Positions 19,365 to 29,686 are shown, counted from the first letter of the stretch. The stretch: 64,000 nt of DNA from Parcubacteria group bacterium GW2011_GWA2_40_23 (GCA_000996245.1 LBYP01000002.1:5352-69351); one strand, 5' to 3'. Translations and numbers: made by a program. The notes: generated from the letters alone by a model not told the origin.

Positions 19365-19438
19365 CGAAGCCTCCAAAGTGGTGTGACGTCCCGTGAAACA
19401 GGACATTCTAATTTATCATAAATAATAAAAAAGTCAAG

Positions 19439-19762
19439 ATGCAAGGCATTAGTGGTATACTAAAATCAACTTTCAATAAAAGAAGTGTCCTCAGCAAACA
19501 AGTGCAATCTGGGATGATTGTTGAGTTTGTTAATGAACTAATTCATGAATACTGGGGCAAAAAGGGCGCTGAACAGGCAAAGGCTAAATTTATAAAAAAT
19601 AAAATTTTAACTATATTTACTGTAAATGCAGGCATGTCGCAGGAAATTAAATTTAAACAAAATAAAATATTAGAAACAGTTAACACTAGGTTTGATGAGC
19701 GGGTACTTAATCAATTAAAAATCGTTGCCGGCGGAATTGACAAAGGCGATGATATACCGTAA
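19439..19762 (+). CDS. DUF721/DciA-like small protein (tentative)
   Basis: 107 aa; pattern ...W...G...A..T.P..L..G.L.V.V.s..w..EL... judged by eye to fit the DUF721 core. Confidence 0.35.
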   Translation: MQGISGILKSTFNKRSVLSKQVQSGMIVEFVNELIHEYWGKKGAEQAKAKFIKNKILTIFTVNAGMSQEIKFKQNKILETVNTRFDERVLNQLKIVAGGIDKGDDIP

Positions 19763-19797
19763 AACGAAGTGATGGCCTTTCCATCAAGGAGGTTCCC

Positions 19798-20115
19798 ATG
19801 GATGCACGACAAAAGGTCGTGGCAGTGTTCGATCTTCCGCACGGTGAAGGTCAGGTCGATCTGATGGTCGACATGGCACTTGAGTCCAGCTGGACTGGCC
19901 AAGGAATCGATACTTCGTACTTCATGTTCCACAAGCCGCACTGCGGCGGTCCCATGCGGCCGATCAAGGTGGCGGACAAGAAGATGGTTCTGTACTGCAG
20001 CGGTTGCGTGTTGCGTCTTCAGCTTCTGATCATGAAACTGCCTACGAACCTGGGCGAACTCGGTGAAGCGATCAACGAGACCTGCACGCATTCGGATCTG
20101 CCCTCACGTTTCTAA
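19798..20115 (+). CDS. GC-rich Zn-ribbon-like small protein (105 aa), unknown function
   Basis: AAGGAGGT SD. HKPHCGG...YCSGC Cys/His cluster. Strong terminator follows. Confidence 0.5.
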   Translation: MDARQKVVAVFDLPHGEGQVDLMVDMALESSWTGQGIDTSYFMFHKPHCGGPMRPIKVADKKMVLYCSGCVLRLQLLIMKLPTNLGELGEAINETCTHSDLPSRF

Positions 20116-20127
20116 TCGAGATAATAT

Positions 20128-20161
20128 CAGGCCTTCCTAGCACTAGGAGGCCTGGTTTTTT
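20128..20161 (+). terminator. Intrinsic terminator (CAGGCCTTCCTAG/CTAGGAGGCCTG followed by a T6 tract)
   Basis: About 12-bp stem with one bulge, plus a U tract. Confidence 0.65.
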
Positions 20162-20201
20162 ATGTTGAAAAGCTCTAGCTTCTGTGATAGAATATCTGCA
20201 T

Positions 20202-20585
20202 ATGAGTATAGGGCGTTTTTTCCTAGTTTTAGGTCTGGCTACAGGTCTGTGTTGGTTGGCCTGGATTGCTGTTTTATTTTTTATGAATCCAGCAGAAAAT
20301 AGTCCCGTGGCTCTAATCTTATTTTATTTAAGTCTTTGTTTGTCCTTAATTGGTACCTTTTTATTCATCGGGTATCTTGTTAGAGGTTTAACTAACCAAA
20401 CCGAAATGCCGTATAAGCATGTTAAAGCAGCTTCAAGGCAGGCAGTCTTATTTACCGTACTCATTGTTCTAGCCTTGATGCTACAAAGTTATCGTTTTTT
20501 AACTTGGTGGAATTTGTTAATTTTGGTGGCCTTACTTGGGTTCGTAGAATTATTCTTTATTTCATACAAAAAATATAATAAATAA
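20202..20585 (+). CDS. Integral membrane protein (4 TM), unknown function
   Basis: Hydrophobic helices. The ATG at 20202 lies 7 nt after TAGAAT, a leaderless-like arrangement. Confidence 0.5.
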   Translation: MSIGRFFLVLGLATGLCWLAWIAVLFFMNPAENSPVALILFYLSLCLSLIGTFLFIGYLVRGLTNQTEMPYKHVKAASRQAVLFTVLIVLALMLQSYRFLTWWNLLILVALLGFVELFFISYKKYNK

Positions 20586-20588
20586 AAT

Positions 20589-22274
20589 ATGAGACAGTCA
20601 AAGTTATTTGGTAAAACACAAAAAGAAACACCATCTGATGCTGTAGCCGAAAGTCAGAAGCTTCTACATCGAGCAGGTTATGTGCGCGATTCTGTGGCCG
20701 GTAGATATTATTTTTTACCATTGGGAATGCGCGTACATGAAAAAATAGAAAAAATTATCCGTGAAGAAATGGATCGCACCGGCGCGGAACAAATATTAAC
20801 ACCAACCTTACATCAACTAGAATTATGGAAAGAAACAAATCGTACAGACACCGCTGGCTTTGAGTTGATGAAAGTAAAAGATAGAAATGGGGCGGAGTTC
20901 GCTTTGGGTGGAACGGCCGAGGAAATGATTGTTGATGTGGTGCGAAAGTTTAATATCAGTTACAAAGATTTACCTTTTAATATTTATCAATTCTCAAATA
21001 AGTTTAGAGATGAAATGCGTGCTCGCGGTGGCCTTTTGCGAACTCGAGAATTCATCATGAAAGACGCTTACTCTTTTCATGAAACAGAAGCTGATTTTAA
21101 AAAAGAATATGAAAAGATGTGGAAGGCATACGAAACAATTTTTGCTCGTATGGGGCTAAAAACTGTTGCGATTGAATCTGATAATGGTTACATTGGTGGT
21201 GAATATTGTCACGAATTTATTGTTGAATCTGCCAGTGGAGAAAGTAAAGCTTTGACTACAGAGGATGGAACTTATGCTGCACACGAAGAAGTGGCAAAAT
21301 TCAAACGAGATAATAAAAATTTAGATGAGTCTCTGGGTGGAATGATTGAAGTCGAGGCCAAGAGAGAAAACACCATGCAAGCTGGTGTGGAATTGCATAA
21401 GTTACCTTTATGGCAACAAATTAAGAATGTTTTATTTGTGACAGAAAAAGGGAGATTTATTTTGGCTGTGATCCGTGGTGATTTAGCCGTCAATGAGTTA
21501 AAGCTTGTGCACGCAGTTGGTGCGTTGATATTAAGAGCAGCAACGGATGAAGAAATTCGATCAATCGGAACAGAACCTGGCTTTATTGGTCCTGTAGGGC
21601 TTGATCATAAAAAAGTCACAGTTGTTGGTGATTTATCGTTACGAACAGCTGTTAACTTTTGTACTGGTGCTAATAAACAATATTGTGACTTACAAAACGT
21701 AAATATTGATCGTGACTTTAATGTAGACAAAGAAGCTGACATCGCCTTGGCGGAAGCAGGCTTTTTAAGTGAATCCGGCAAAGAGTTACGAGAGATCAAA
21801 GGTATTGAGGTTGGAAATATTTTTCAACTTGGTTATCATTATTCCAAATTAATGAATGCAACTTTTACAGGTAAAGATGGTAAAGAAGAATTTTACTATA
21901 TGGGCTGTTATGGAATAGGTTTGGGGCGAACTATGGCCACAATTGTAGAAATGCATAATGATGAAAAAGGTATAATTTGGCCAGAAGCTGTCGCACCTTT
22001 TCAAGTACATTTACTGACATTGGGCGAAGACGAGAAGGTGATGAAAGCATCCGAACAATTATATGAGGAGTTGTTGGCGGCAGGTATTGAGGTGTTGTTT
22101 GATGATCGCGATCTAAGCGCTGGAATCAAATTAAAAGATAGTGATCTTATTGGTTTGCCAAAGCGTATTGTCGTAAGCACTAAAACCCTGGAGCAAAATA
22201 AAGTTGAATTGAAATTACGATCAGAGGACGAAATAGAACTGGTTGACATTAGTTCAATCGCAAAAAAGGTGTAA
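20589..22274 (+). CDS. proS: Prolyl-tRNA synthetase (bacterial type)
   Basis: Class II motifs; N-terminal MRQSKLFGKTQKETPSDAVAESQKLLHRAGYVR.... Confidence 0.9.
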   Translation: MRQSKLFGKTQKETPSDAVAESQKLLHRAGYVRDSVAGRYYFLPLGMRVHEKIEKIIREEMDRTGAEQILTPTLHQLELWKETNRTDTAGFELMKVKDRNGAEFALGGTAEEMIVDVVRKFNISYKDLPFNIYQFSNKFRDEMRARGGLLRTREFIMKDAYSFHETEADFKKEYEKMWKAYETIFARMGLKTVAIESDNGYIGGEYCHEFIVESASGESKALTTEDGTYAAHEEVAKFKRDNKNLDESLGGMIEVEAKRENTMQAGVELHKLPLWQQIKNVLFVTEKGRFILAVIRGDLAVNELKLVHAVGALILRAATDEEIRSIGTEPGFIGPVGLDHKKVTVVGDLSLRTAVNFCTGANKQYCDLQNVNIDRDFNVDKEADIALAEAGFLSESGKELREIKGIEVGNIFQLGYHYSKLMNATFTGKDGKEEFYYMGCYGIGLGRTMATIVEMHNDEKGIIWPEAVAPFQVHLLTLGEDEKVMKASEQLYEELLAAGIEVLFDDRDLSAGIKLKDSDLIGLPKRIVVSTKTLEQNKVELKLRSEDEIELVDISSIAKKV

Positions 22275-22367
22275 AACCCCGCACCAGAAAGTATTCTCTT
22301 TCGGTTCGGGGCAAGTAAAAACAAAAATCAAAGTAATAATTTATTATTGATTTTTATTTTAAATAGT

Positions 22368-23423
22368 ATGTTAAGAAGATTGTTAAATAGATTCTCCAAG
22401 AAAATCGGTATTGATCTTGGAACATCAAATACAACTATCGCCTTGCAGGACAAGGGGATTGTTATTCGTGAGCCATCGGTTGTGGCCATTAATAATCGTT
22501 TAGATCAAATTATTGCCGTGGGCGAAGAGGCTAGTAAGATGATTGGTAAGAATCCAAAATATATTACCTTGGCTTATCCTTTGGTTAATGGTGTTATCTC
22601 TGATTTTGAGGTAACTGAAAAGATGTTCAAGTATTTTTTTGATAAGATATTTCAGGAAAACTTTAATTTTACAGCTAGACCCTCGGTAATTATTAGTATT
22701 CCGCTTGATGTTACAGAAGTTGAAAAGAAAGCTGTTGAAGATGCTGCCCTGGGTGCAGGTGCTGGGAAAGTTTTTTTGGTTGAAGAAGTTATGGCTGCAG
22801 CTATTGGCGCGCGCTTACCGATTAACGATGCTTCTGGTAGCATGATTATTAATTTGGGTGGTGGCAAGACCGAAATTGCAGTTATTTCTTTGCATGGTGT
22901 TGTAATTTCGAAGTCTTTGAAATTAGCTGGCGAAGAATTAAATAAAAATATTATTCAATACGCTCGTGATCGTTTTAACCTACTTATTGGAGAAAAAAAT
23001 GCTGAAGATATAAAAATTAAAATTGGTTCAGCATTCGAACAGGGTGAGTCTATGTCTGTAGAAATGCGTGGACGTGATTTAATCAGTGGTTTGCCACGAG
23101 AAATTATTATCACTGATTATCAAGTTAGGGAAGCGATCGCCAGTTCTATCCACAATATAATTGATGCTATAAAAAGTGTGCTTGAAGTAACCCCGCCGGA
23201 GTTGGTAGCTGATATTTTCGAACGAGGTATTGTACTTTGCGGCGGTGCAGCGCAATTGCGTGGCATGGAAAAAATTATTTCGAAGGAAACTGAAATTCCA
23301 GTCAGAGTTGCAGATGATCCAACGACTTGTACTATACGCGGCGTAATGGTTTTGTTGGATGATGACAATTTACTCAAAGATATTTTATTGCCTTCTGCTA
23401 ACGAAGAAAAAGTAGTTAGATAA
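22368..23423 (+). CDS. mreB: Rod-shape protein MreB
   Basis: IGIDLGTSNTTIAL actin-fold phosphate-1 motif. The ATG at 22368 is preferred over the TTG extension. Confidence 0.85.
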   Translation: MLRRLLNRFSKKIGIDLGTSNTTIALQDKGIVIREPSVVAINNRLDQIIAVGEEASKMIGKNPKYITLAYPLVNGVISDFEVTEKMFKYFFDKIFQENFNFTARPSVIISIPLDVTEVEKKAVEDAALGAGAGKVFLVEEVMAAAIGARLPINDASGSMIINLGGGKTEIAVISLHGVVISKSLKLAGEELNKNIIQYARDRFNLLIGEKNAEDIKIKIGSAFEQGESMSVEMRGRDLISGLPREIIITDYQVREAIASSIHNIIDAIKSVLEVTPPELVADIFERGIVLCGGAAQLRGMEKIISKETEIPVRVADDPTTCTIRGVMVLLDDDNLLKDILLPSANEEKVVR

Positions 23424-23424
23424 T

Positions 23425-24231
23425 ATGCCCTTAACACCAAAACCAACAAAGCTGATTATTCTAACAGTAGTAATTATTTTGCTACTGGTTTTTTTACATT
23501 ATACGCACATTCTTTCTCCACTAGAGCGAGCTGTAACTGGAATGACAAAAATGATTATGAGAATTTCTTATAATTTTTCTAATAATATTGGGGCAAACTA
23601 TTTGGAATTCAAGTTAAAGAGAGAGTTGTTGAATGAAAATAAAGAATTGAAGGATCAACTGGCCATACTGTTTAAGGAAAAGAGTCGTTATTTAAATGAA
23701 AAGGAAGAAAACGATTTTCTGCGTGAACAGTTGAAGTTTTCACAAACATTGAATTACGAATTTATAATTGCCAATGTGGTCGGAAAAAATGTTGCAGGCG
23801 TACAAAATATTTTATTATTAGATGTTGGTGCTCAAAACGGGTTGCTTGTTGGTCAGCCAGTTCTTGGTGAACAAGGAGTGGTAATTGGTAAAATTAGCAA
23901 AGTCGAAAAAAATCGAGCTTTCATGTTACTTATAAATGATGATCTATCGCGCCTGGCCGTAAAAGTTCAAGGTTCTGATAAAACCATGGGAATTATTGAG
24001 GGTGAATTTGGACTTGGTATAAAGATGCGTCTCATACCGCAAAACGAAACAATAAGTGAGGGCGATTTGGTGGTTACTTCCGGATTGGAGGAATTAGTTC
24101 CAGCAAATTTAATTATTGGAACCATAGAGAAAATAACCAGAGCCCCCGAAGATCTTTTTCAAGAAGCTGCGATTAAGTCGCCGATTGATTTTAGTAAAAT
24201 TACTCTGGTTAATATTATAAAAAATAAATGA
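23425..24231 (+). CDS. mreC: Rod-shape protein MreC
   Basis: N-terminal TM segment, coiled coil, and beta-rich C-terminal domain; follows mreB. Confidence 0.7.
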   Translation: MPLTPKPTKLIILTVVIILLLVFLHYTHILSPLERAVTGMTKMIMRISYNFSNNIGANYLEFKLKRELLNENKELKDQLAILFKEKSRYLNEKEENDFLREQLKFSQTLNYEFIIANVVGKNVAGVQNILLLDVGAQNGLLVGQPVLGEQGVVIGKISKVEKNRAFMLLINDDLSRLAVKVQGSDKTMGIIEGEFGLGIKMRLIPQNETISEGDLVVTSGLEELVPANLIIGTIEKITRAPEDLFQEAAIKSPIDFSKITLVNIIKNK

Positions 24232-24770
24232 TAAAATCAACATTAAAACATTTTTTCATTATAATAATAGTCGCTTTATTACAGGTGGCTATTTTGCCCA
24301 ATTTATCAAGTAAAATGGGTAATTTAGATCTTGTCTTGGTTGTTTTAATCTTCATAGCAGTTGTTTATAAGTTTTATCTAGGGGTGATTTATGGTTTAAT
24401 ACTTGGATTTTTCCTTGACCTCTATTCTGCTTTGCCCTTTGGCATGATTATTCTGTGCTATATGTTGGTTTTGTATTTTGTCTATTTGATATTTCAAAAG
24501 TTATTAACAAATAAATCATTTTATTCATTACTCGGAGTGACATTTATCGGGACTATAATTTATAGCATTTTGATATATATTTCGAAAATTAGTTATTATT
24601 TCATAAATACTAAGGATTACTTATTAATAAAAAATTATTCAATAATAAGTTTTCAAAATATAGGTTGGCAGGTTTCACTAAATATATCATTAGCTATAAT
24701 TTTGTTCATGTGTTTCCATTTTGGCAGCCGTCAGTTTAACGCCGGTTTTATTGATACAACAAAAAAGTAA
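24228..24770 (+). CDS. mreD: Rod-shape protein MreD-like polytopic membrane protein
   Basis: ATGA overlap with mreC; five TM helices. Confidence 0.55.
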   Translation: MIKSTLKHFFIIIIVALLQVAILPNLSSKMGNLDLVLVVLIFIAVVYKFYLGVIYGLILGFFLDLYSALPFGMIILCYMLVLYFVYLIFQKLLTNKSFYSLLGVTFIGTIIYSILIYISKISYYFINTKDYLLIKNYSIISFQNIGWQVSLNISLAIILFMCFHFGSRQFNAGFIDTTKK

Positions 24771-24771
24771 T

Positions 24772-26808
24772 ATGTGGTCTTACCTTAAATACAAATTCAC
24801 AAATAAGCTCAAAAAAAAATATCAAGATGATAGTGCAATTTTTGCCGGCAGCAAAACACACATTGAAAGTTCTGGCATTAAATCTAGAAATAAAAGCGCG
24901 TGGGTAGAAGAAGCTTTTGTCAATTATACGGAAGAAGACTTAGTTAGCACAAAACAAAATTATTTGGGAACAGTTTTACCAGCCAAACGAATGATAATTT
25001 TTTGGTTTTGTCTTATGCTCGGCGTTGTTTTGCTACTCGCTCGAGCCCTACAATTGCAGGTCATTAAAGGACCATATTATCGTTCAGTAGCTGAAAAAAA
25101 TCGTATTCGTGTTTATAATTTACCAGCTCCTCGAGGCATAATTTATGACATTAATAATATCCCACTCGTGCGCAATGTGCCGACTTTTGCTCTTTACATA
25201 ATTCCCAACGATTTATCATCTAGCTTAGAAAATAAAGATGAGGTTTTAACTTGGCTTAATAAAAATTTGAAGATGGATTCCAATAATGAAGATCTGCAAA
25301 AAATACTTAAAATTAAATCTTCACAAAAAGAATATTACGAACCTGTTTTACTAGTCGAAGATATTGATTATGAGGCTGCGCTTAAAATGCATATTGAAAG
25401 CGCAATTTATAACGGAGTTGACGTAGAAATTCAATCAAGACGTGAGTATTTAAATACCAATAATCAACAACTTGTTAGCAGTTTAGCCCATGTTTTAGGG
25501 TATGAAGGAAAGATAAGTCAAGAGGAATATGAAAATCGGGTAAATGATGGTTATTTATTTAATGATTTTATTGGAAAAACCGGATTAGAAGAAAGTCTTG
25601 AAAAGACTTTACGCGGTGTTTATGGAAAAGAACAAGTTGAAGTTGATTCTAGTGGCAAGGCTATTAAAATTCTAGCACAGGAAGATGTTAAAAAGGGCGA
25701 TAATGTTATTTTAAATATTGATTTTGAAATGCAAAAAAAGCTTGAATCTATAACTCAGGCATATTTGAATAAATATAATAAGCAGAAATCGGCCATCGTT
25801 GTTTTGAATCCGCAAAACGGAGCCGTCATGGTGTTGCTTAGTTTGCCGGGATATGACAATAACGCATTTTCAAAGGGCATATCTGGGACTGAGTATAATA
25901 AATTGATGGAAGACAAAAATAAGCCACTGTTCAATCGAGTCATTAGTGGTGAGTATCCTTCGGGTTCAACAATTAAACCCGTGATGGCCGCGTCAGCTCT
26001 AGAGGAAGGAATTATAACGGCTTCAACTTCATTTTTGAGCACCGGTGGAATTCGCATTGGTCAGTGGTTCTTCCCCGATTGGTTGGCTGGGGGACATGGC
26101 ATTACTGATGTCAAAAAAGCGCTGGCGCAATCAGTTAATACCTTCTTCTATATTATTGGTGGGGGCTATGGTGAACAACCGGGCTTAGGCGTTTATAAAA
26201 TAAAAGAGTATTTAGAAAAATTTGGTTTGTATAAAGTTAGTGGTATTGAATTACCCAACGAACACGCTGGTTTCTTGCCCACTCCCGAATGGAAAGAAAA
26301 AGCAAAAAATGAACCATGGTACATTGGAGATACTTATCATTTATCTATCGGACAAGGTGATTTATTGGTCACGCCATTACAAATTGCCAATTATACCGGT
26401 GTTTTTGCAAATAAAGGAACTCTTTATAAACCACATTTAGTCAACCATTATTTTGATCAAAACACACAACAAACATTGATGATTGAGCCGGAAGTAATCA
26501 ATTCAAATTTTATTAAGGAAAATAATATTGAGATTGTTCGTCAGGGAATGCAACAAGGCGTCAAAAACGGTAGCTCACGCATTTTAAATTCCTTGCCCGT
26601 AACTTCGGGCGCTAAAACTGGCACAGCTCAATGGAATTTGGAAAAAGACCCGCATGCTTGGTTTACAGCCTTTGCTCCTTACAATGATGCTGAAATTGTT
26701 ATAACGGTCTTGGTTGAAGAAGGTAAGGAGGGAAGTCAAATTTCAGCTTATATTGCCAATGATTTTTTAAATTGGTATTTTCGTGAGTATCATAAATTGT
26801 CGCGCTAG
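24772..26808 (+). CDS. mrdA: Penicillin-binding protein 2 (transpeptidase)
   Basis: SxxK motif STIK, SGN-like and KTG motifs (KTGTA). The ATG at 24772 is preferred over the TTG ORF that overlaps mreD. Confidence 0.8.
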   Translation: MWSYLKYKFTNKLKKKYQDDSAIFAGSKTHIESSGIKSRNKSAWVEEAFVNYTEEDLVSTKQNYLGTVLPAKRMIIFWFCLMLGVVLLLARALQLQVIKGPYYRSVAEKNRIRVYNLPAPRGIIYDINNIPLVRNVPTFALYIIPNDLSSSLENKDEVLTWLNKNLKMDSNNEDLQKILKIKSSQKEYYEPVLLVEDIDYEAALKMHIESAIYNGVDVEIQSRREYLNTNNQQLVSSLAHVLGYEGKISQEEYENRVNDGYLFNDFIGKTGLEESLEKTLRGVYGKEQVEVDSSGKAIKILAQEDVKKGDNVILNIDFEMQKKLESITQAYLNKYNKQKSAIVVLNPQNGAVMVLLSLPGYDNNAFSKGISGTEYNKLMEDKNKPLFNRVISGEYPSGSTIKPVMAASALEEGIITASTSFLSTGGIRIGQWFFPDWLAGGHGITDVKKALAQSVNTFFYIIGGGYGEQPGLGVYKIKEYLEKFGLYKVSGIELPNEHAGFLPTPEWKEKAKNEPWYIGDTYHLSIGQGDLLVTPLQIANYTGVFANKGTLYKPHLVNHYFDQNTQQTLMIEPEVINSNFIKENNIEIVRQGMQQGVKNGSSRILNSLPVTSGAKTGTAQWNLEKDPHAWFTAFAPYNDAEIVITVLVEEGKEGSQISAYIANDFLNWYFREYHKLSR

Positions 26809-26925
26809 AAAATATATTTTGTTTGTTTGTTTGTGGATAACTTGACTTTAAGCCCATATTTGTTATATTTAAATCATAAGGAATAAAACCAGGTCTAAAC
26901 GACCTGTATTTAATTTAGTAGTATT

Positions 26926-27390
26926 ATGTCAGCTCCAATTATTTTAACAGCCGAAGGACGAAGTAAGCTCGAGATAGAATTAAAAAATTTAAAAGAAGTT
27001 AGACGACCAGAAATTATCGAGAAAATTGAACAAGCTAAGGAATTGGGTGATCTTTCTGAAAATGCTGAATACCATGACGCTAAAGATCAACAGGGTCGCA
27101 TCGAATTGCGTATTCGTGAAATTGAAGAAATTTTTAGAAAAGCCATTGTTAGTGAGCAAACTAAAACTAAAGACAAAATTACTCTAGGCTCAAAGTTTAT
27201 TGTTAAAGACGCAGCAGGGAACAAAAAAGAGTTTTTCATAGTTGGTTTTAACGAAGCCGCACCCGCAGAAGGTAAGATTTCTATAGATTCTCCTATAGGG
27301 CAGGCCTTTATGAATGCTAAAAGGGGGGAGGAGGTAGAATTTATAGCGCCTCGTGGTAAAGTCGTTTATCAGGTTGTAGAAATATTGTAA
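26926..27390 (+). CDS. greA: Transcription elongation factor GreA
   Basis: N-terminal coiled coil with acidic tip (DLSENAEY) plus an FKBP-like C-terminal domain. Confidence 0.85.
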   Translation: MSAPIILTAEGRSKLEIELKNLKEVRRPEIIEKIEQAKELGDLSENAEYHDAKDQQGRIELRIREIEEIFRKAIVSEQTKTKDKITLGSKFIVKDAAGNKKEFFIVGFNEAAPAEGKISIDSPIGQAFMNAKRGEEVEFIAPRGKVVYQVVEIL

Positions 27391-27402
27391 GATCAAATAA
27401 GG

Positions 27403-27436
27403 GAGGCGCTTAGATCAAGCGCCTCTTTGCGTTTTT
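27403..27436 (+). terminator. Intrinsic terminator of greA
   Basis: GAGGCGCTT-agatc-AAGCGCCTC followed by TTTGCGTTTTT. Confidence 0.65.
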
Positions 27437-27469
27437 ACTTAAAATAAGCTATAATTTCACTATAAATAT

Positions 27470-28048
27470 ATGCAAACAGGAATATCTATTGCTGATGCGC
27501 GAGAACTCCTTAAAAAGTACATCAAGCAAACAAACACATTAAATCATTGCCGCGAATCAGAAGTTGTTATGGCAGCTTTGGCTGAACGCTTAGGCGAAGA
27601 TCAAGAATCATGGGCCATTGCAGGCTTATTACACGATTTAGATTGGGAATTGGTTCAAGATGATGTTAATGAACATGGTGTTAAAGTCCAAGAACTTTTG
27701 CGGTCCGAGGGTGTTTCCGAGGAATTGATTTCGGTCATTGTTTCTCATGTTGGCGGTTTAACTAGTCATTATCCAGAGAGTAAGCGAGAATCCAAGATTG
27801 AACACGCTCTCGCTGCAGGGGAAACTGTTACCGGCTTAATTTTCGCCTCAGCTTTGGTCAATCCAGAGAAAAAGTTTGAGTTCGTCAAAGTTAGTTCCTT
27901 GCGCAAAAAGATGAAGGACAAAGGCTTTGCGGCTAAGGTTAATCGTGATGTTATTATGGAATGTGAAAAGATTGGACTTACTATTGATGAGTTTTTAGAA
28001 ATTAGTTTAAAAGCGATGCAGGCGATTGCAAAGGAAATCGGATTATAA
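27470..28048 (+). CDS. HD-domain metal-dependent phosphohydrolase
   Basis: H...HD motif (LNHCRE ... AGLLHDLD). Confidence 0.55.
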   Translation: MQTGISIADARELLKKYIKQTNTLNHCRESEVVMAALAERLGEDQESWAIAGLLHDLDWELVQDDVNEHGVKVQELLRSEGVSEELISVIVSHVGGLTSHYPESKRESKIEHALAAGETVTGLIFASALVNPEKKFEFVKVSSLRKKMKDKGFAAKVNRDVIMECEKIGLTIDEFLEISLKAMQAIAKEIGL

Positions 28049-28062
28049 ATATAATTTGAAAT

Positions 28063-29547
28063 ATGTCTGAAACAACTGAAGAACAAATTCGTCTACAAAA
28101 ACTAAGTCAATTAGCTGATTTAGGCATGCAAGCCTATCCTGAGAAGTTTGATAAAAAACAATCATTAGCTGAATGTATTGAGTTGAAAGAGGGCAAAAAA
28201 GTTCAAACTGCTGGCCGTTTGATTATGTTTAGAGATATGGGCAAGCTAACCTTTGCTCATATCCAGGATTTTTCTGGCAAAATGCAAATTGCTTTCAAAC
28301 AAGACGATTTGGGCAAAGATAATTATAAGGCTTTGTTAAAGCTGATTGATTTGGGTGATTTTATCGGTGTAGAAGGGGAAACATTTGTTACTCATAAAGG
28401 TGAATTAACGATATTAGTTTCAAAATGGACTTTTTTAGGTAAGGCCTTACGTCCTTTACCAGAAAAATGGCATGGCTTAAAAGACAGGGAGGTCGCTTAT
28501 CGACAACGATATTTAGATCTTATTTCCAATCCCGAAGCGATGTCTAGATTCCAGTTCCGCAGCAATTTTGTTAAAGCTTTACGTGAATTTTATTGGTCCA
28601 AAGGTTTTTCTGAAGTAGAAACTCAAACCCTGTGCCATAAGGCAACTGGTGCGCACGCTCAGCCTTATAAGACACATAATAATGCACTTGATATGGATGT
28701 CTATTTGAGAATTTCGCATGAATTACCATTAAAAGAACTTATAGTCGGTGGATTTGAAAAAATATTCGAGCTTGGAAAAGCTTTTAGAAATGAAGGTCAT
28801 GATCCTTCTCATTTGCCAGAGCATACTCATCTTGAGCATTATTGCGCATATTGGAATTATGAGGATAATATGAAGTTTTTGGAGGAAATGTTTGATTATT
28901 TATTTGAAAAATTAAATTTACCAAAGAAGATTAAGATTAAAGATAAAGAGGGTAATGAACGTGATGTTGATTTTACCACACCATTTGAACGTATTAATTT
29001 TGTCGAATTGATAAAAAAGGATTCAGGTATTGATATTGCTGAAGTTAGAGACAGTAAGGAGCTTATTAAGCAAATTAAAGCAAAAAATATTAAGATCGAG
29101 GGTATGGACGAAATGGGCTATGCTACATTGGTTGATAATCTTTATAAAAAGGTTTCTAGACCTAAAATTACTGGCCCAGCCTTCCTTTATCATTATCCGA
29201 TAGAATTGCAGCCTTTAGCTCGTAGAAATGATGAAGACAAGAGTATCGTCGATCAATTCCAAATTGTTGTAAACGGTTGGGAGGTTGGTAAGGCTTATTC
29301 TGAGTTAGTTGATCCAATTGATCAGGAACAGCGCTTTGCTGAACAATCTAGTTTAAAAGAAACAGGGGATGATGAAACTATGGAAGGTGATCCAGAATAT
29401 ATTACTGCCATGAAAACTGGTATGCCACCAATTTCTGGTTGGGGCATGGGAGTTGATAGAATAATTACACTTTTGACAGGACAAGAAAATCTTCGCGATG
29501 TTGTACTCTTCCCCTTAATGAAACCAAAAGATGGAGAAGATGAATAA
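28063..29547 (+). CDS. lysS: Lysyl-tRNA synthetase, class II
   Basis: N-terminal OB fold anticodon-binding domain plus class II motifs 1-3 (e.g. GGFEKIFELGKAFRNE). Confidence 0.9.
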   Translation: MSETTEEQIRLQKLSQLADLGMQAYPEKFDKKQSLAECIELKEGKKVQTAGRLIMFRDMGKLTFAHIQDFSGKMQIAFKQDDLGKDNYKALLKLIDLGDFIGVEGETFVTHKGELTILVSKWTFLGKALRPLPEKWHGLKDREVAYRQRYLDLISNPEAMSRFQFRSNFVKALREFYWSKGFSEVETQTLCHKATGAHAQPYKTHNNALDMDVYLRISHELPLKELIVGGFEKIFELGKAFRNEGHDPSHLPEHTHLEHYCAYWNYEDNMKFLEEMFDYLFEKLNLPKKIKIKDKEGNERDVDFTTPFERINFVELIKKDSGIDIAEVRDSKELIKQIKAKNIKIEGMDEMGYATLVDNLYKKVSRPKITGPAFLYHYPIELQPLARRNDEDKSIVDQFQIVVNGWEVGKAYSELVDPIDQEQRFAEQSSLKETGDDETMEGDPEYITAMKTGMPPISGWGMGVDRIITLLTGQENLRDVVLFPLMKPKDGEDE

Positions 29548-29566
29548 ATAATGTGTTCACATTCTT

Positions 29567-29638
29567 GTCACCATGAGTTTACTTGCCCAGCACCCAAACG
29601 TAGTGAGTGGTGCTGGGCCGAAGGGTGACATTTTGTTT
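29567..29638 (+). terminator. Compound intrinsic terminator after lysS: nested stems GTCACC...GGTGAC around a 10-bp GCCCAGCACC/GGTGCTGGGC stem, then ATTTTGTTT
   Basis: Read directly from the sequence. Confidence 0.5.
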
Positions 29639-29686
29639 CACAAAATAAACAGCGAGAAATCATTTGAGACGTCCCGCTGAGTTGGA

